A stretch of DNA of 32,000 bases from Nitrososphaera viennensis EN76. GTDB taxonomy: Archaea; Thermoproteota; Nitrososphaeria; Nitrososphaerales; Nitrososphaeraceae. How positions within the stretch are numbered: the stretch's first letter is position 1; each line of letters begins with the position of its first letter. The stretch covers positions 900,001 through 932,000 of the forward strand of contig NZ_CP007536.1 of the NCBI RefSeq assembly GCF_000698785.1, given 5' to 3'. This document shows positions 30,866-32,000 of the stretch, in pieces. A model generated the notes under the pieces. It was not told the origin of the DNA, ran no database searches, and saw only the letters and a list, made by a program, of their open reading frames with translations. A program made the position numbers and the translations under genes.

Positions 30866-32000
30866 CCGTACTGGTAGACGATCCCTTTTTCTCCCCTTGG
30901 ATGGCGCCACTCGGTTTCTTTGGCGCACGTCCCGCACTCTACGCAGGCCTCGTGCTGCAGCACCACCTTGCCGTCTTCGAGGCTGTAGCATTTCGTGGGG
31001 CAGAGTGTGACGATTTTTTTCATGAACTCTGACTCGGGGTTTGTGACTTTGATGTGCGATTGCCTGTCGTCGTCATATTTCAGGCTGGCGACCCGTTCTG
31101 CAACGCTCGGTATCGTGGGCGTGTACGATGCGGCAACTTTCTTGCCCAGCCTTTCTGCGATTTCTATCGGCACCTGCACGTACGTCTCCTCCGACTCGAC
31201 CAGCGGCAATAGTTTGTCGTAGCCGAGCATGTTGGCAAGGCCCACCGCAAGGCCCCTAAACGTGCTTGAGGACATCAGCCGGAATATCATGCCGTAGCGC
31301 TGGCCGACGATGTCCTTTGGCACGTCCTTTGCCGCGTCAAGGAATATCTTCAGGTAATCCTTGTCTATTTCGTGCATGTCCCGCGTGTACGGGCTTGCCT
31401 CTACCTGCTGCGAATAGTACTCGCCCATATATTCCGGCGTAAAGTTGCCGCGGTCGATTGCGCGGGCTACCGACTCGGCGGCCCTCACGGCGTCGTCGAT
31501 CCCGACGTTGAGCCCTTCTATCCTGGGCCCGATGAACACTCCCCTTCCGGCCGCGTCGCCCACGAACAGGATGTTCTTGTGGTACGGCTTTTTCATCATG
31601 CAGCGCTTGCCGTCCGGCACGAGTTTTGCAGAGTATTCCAGTTCGACGTAGTCGGTTTCAAATCTTGCCCCGTACTTGGACTGCAGGTCGCCCTTTATCG
31701 ATTCAAGCCGCGACCTTATCTCGTCGTCGGATTTGTATTTTCCAGACTCGACCAGCCTCTTGCGCGCAGAAGGCGAGTAATAGGCGTCTCGCAGTTCGTT
31801 CCACGTCTTTATCAGCTTGCTGACTGCAAATTTTATCCGCAGCTGCTCCTCCTTTGGCAGGTTGCGGTCAATCTCTTGCTTGACTGCCACCTCGTCCCTG
31901 ACAAACTCTGACACCAGCGGGTTCCGCAATAGAGCGTCTACGAGCGCGCCAGGCTCTGCAGGTTTTTCCATCAGCGAGTCAAAATGGTAGACGGCGCCCA
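30862..32000 (-). CDS. Electron-transfer-flavoprotein:quinone oxidoreductase-like FixC fused to a FixX-type ferredoxin; N-terminus lies beyond the window
   Basis: The frame stays open upstream of the track start (31971) to the window edge (...GAVYHFDSL-MEKP). The body shows FVGDAAG. The C-terminus TLCPTKCYSLEDGKVVLQHEACVECGTCAKETEWRHPRGEKGIVYQYG is FixX-like. Confidence 0.7.
   Translation of the reverse strand, partial: GAVYHFDSLMEKPAEPGALVDALLRNPLVSEFVRDEVAVKQEIDRNLPKEEQLRIKFAVSKLIKTWNELRDAYYSPSARKRLVESGKYKSDDEIRSRLESIKGDLQSKYGARFETDYVELEYSAKLVPDGKRCMMKKPYHKNILFVGDAAGRGVFIGPRIEGLNVGIDDAVRAAESVARAIDRGNFTPEYMGEYYSQQVEASPYTRDMHEIDKDYLKIFLDAAKDVPKDIVGQRYGMIFRLMSSSTFRGLAVGLANMLGYDKLLPLVESEETYVQVPIEIAERLGKKVAASYTPTIPSVAERVASLKYDDDRQSHIKVTNPESEFMKKIVTLCPTKCYSLEDGKVVLQHEACVECGTCAKETEWRHPRGEKGIVYQYG

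Noticed and set aside
1-32000. Search for CRISPR arrays, IS elements, transposases, integrases, restriction-modification, toxin-antitoxin or other known defence genes
   Set aside because: I saw no regularly spaced direct repeats of CRISPR type. No ORF showed recombinase, nuclease, ATPase or reverse-transcriptase motifs. The only mobility-related hint is the orphan tRNA fragment at 1861-1891.

Overview
The window looks like an archaeal chromosome segment. It carries archaea/eukaryote-type ribosomal proteins L40e, L39e and L31e. Most genes have a TATA-like box about 25-30 nt upstream of the start codon, which suggests leaderless mRNAs. By inference the source is an ammonia-oxidising thaumarchaeon (Nitrososphaera-like), based on a 3-hydroxyacyl-CoA dehydrogenase of the 3HP/4HB type, AhcY, and a divergent FtsZ-like protein with a degenerate GTP signature. 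Layout: (i) 1-2.2 kb is an AT-rich block with a MEDS-domain gene, an orphan tRNA 3'-half and a dense repeat/palindrome array. (ii) 2.2-10.7 kb is an ion and metal homeostasis neighbourhood: His-rich DUF4396-like protein, CPA2 antiporter, TauE/SafE, a fluoride riboswitch with crcB and DUF190, a CDF transporter, two tandem paralogous membrane proteins and a DsbA-like protein. (iii) 10.7-14 kb holds uncharacterised genes, including a long coiled-coil protein, a membrane protein and a cupin. (iv) 14-21.1 kb is an AT-rich stretch of secreted-protein genes with a membrane-anchored wHTH regulator. L40e and tRNA-Val(CAC) interrupt it. One secreted-protein gene there is split by a single in-frame TAG. 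(v) 21.1-32 kb is core metabolism and information genes: ahcY, PRTase, TIGR00725-like, hbd-like, L39e, L31e, FtsZ-like, an archaeal MiaB-like methylthiotransferase, a redoxin and a FixC-FixX fusion. I saw no CRISPR array, transposase, integrase or recognisable defence genes. Best leads: the fluoride riboswitch with an apparent SD-sequestering platform, the TAG-interrupted secreted protein, the operator-like array upstream of the His-rich membrane protein, several unannotated small ORFs, perfect purine/pyrimidine-alternating tracts, and the degenerate FtsZ-like plus zinc-ribbon pair. All family calls are by-eye motif recognition. No searches were run.
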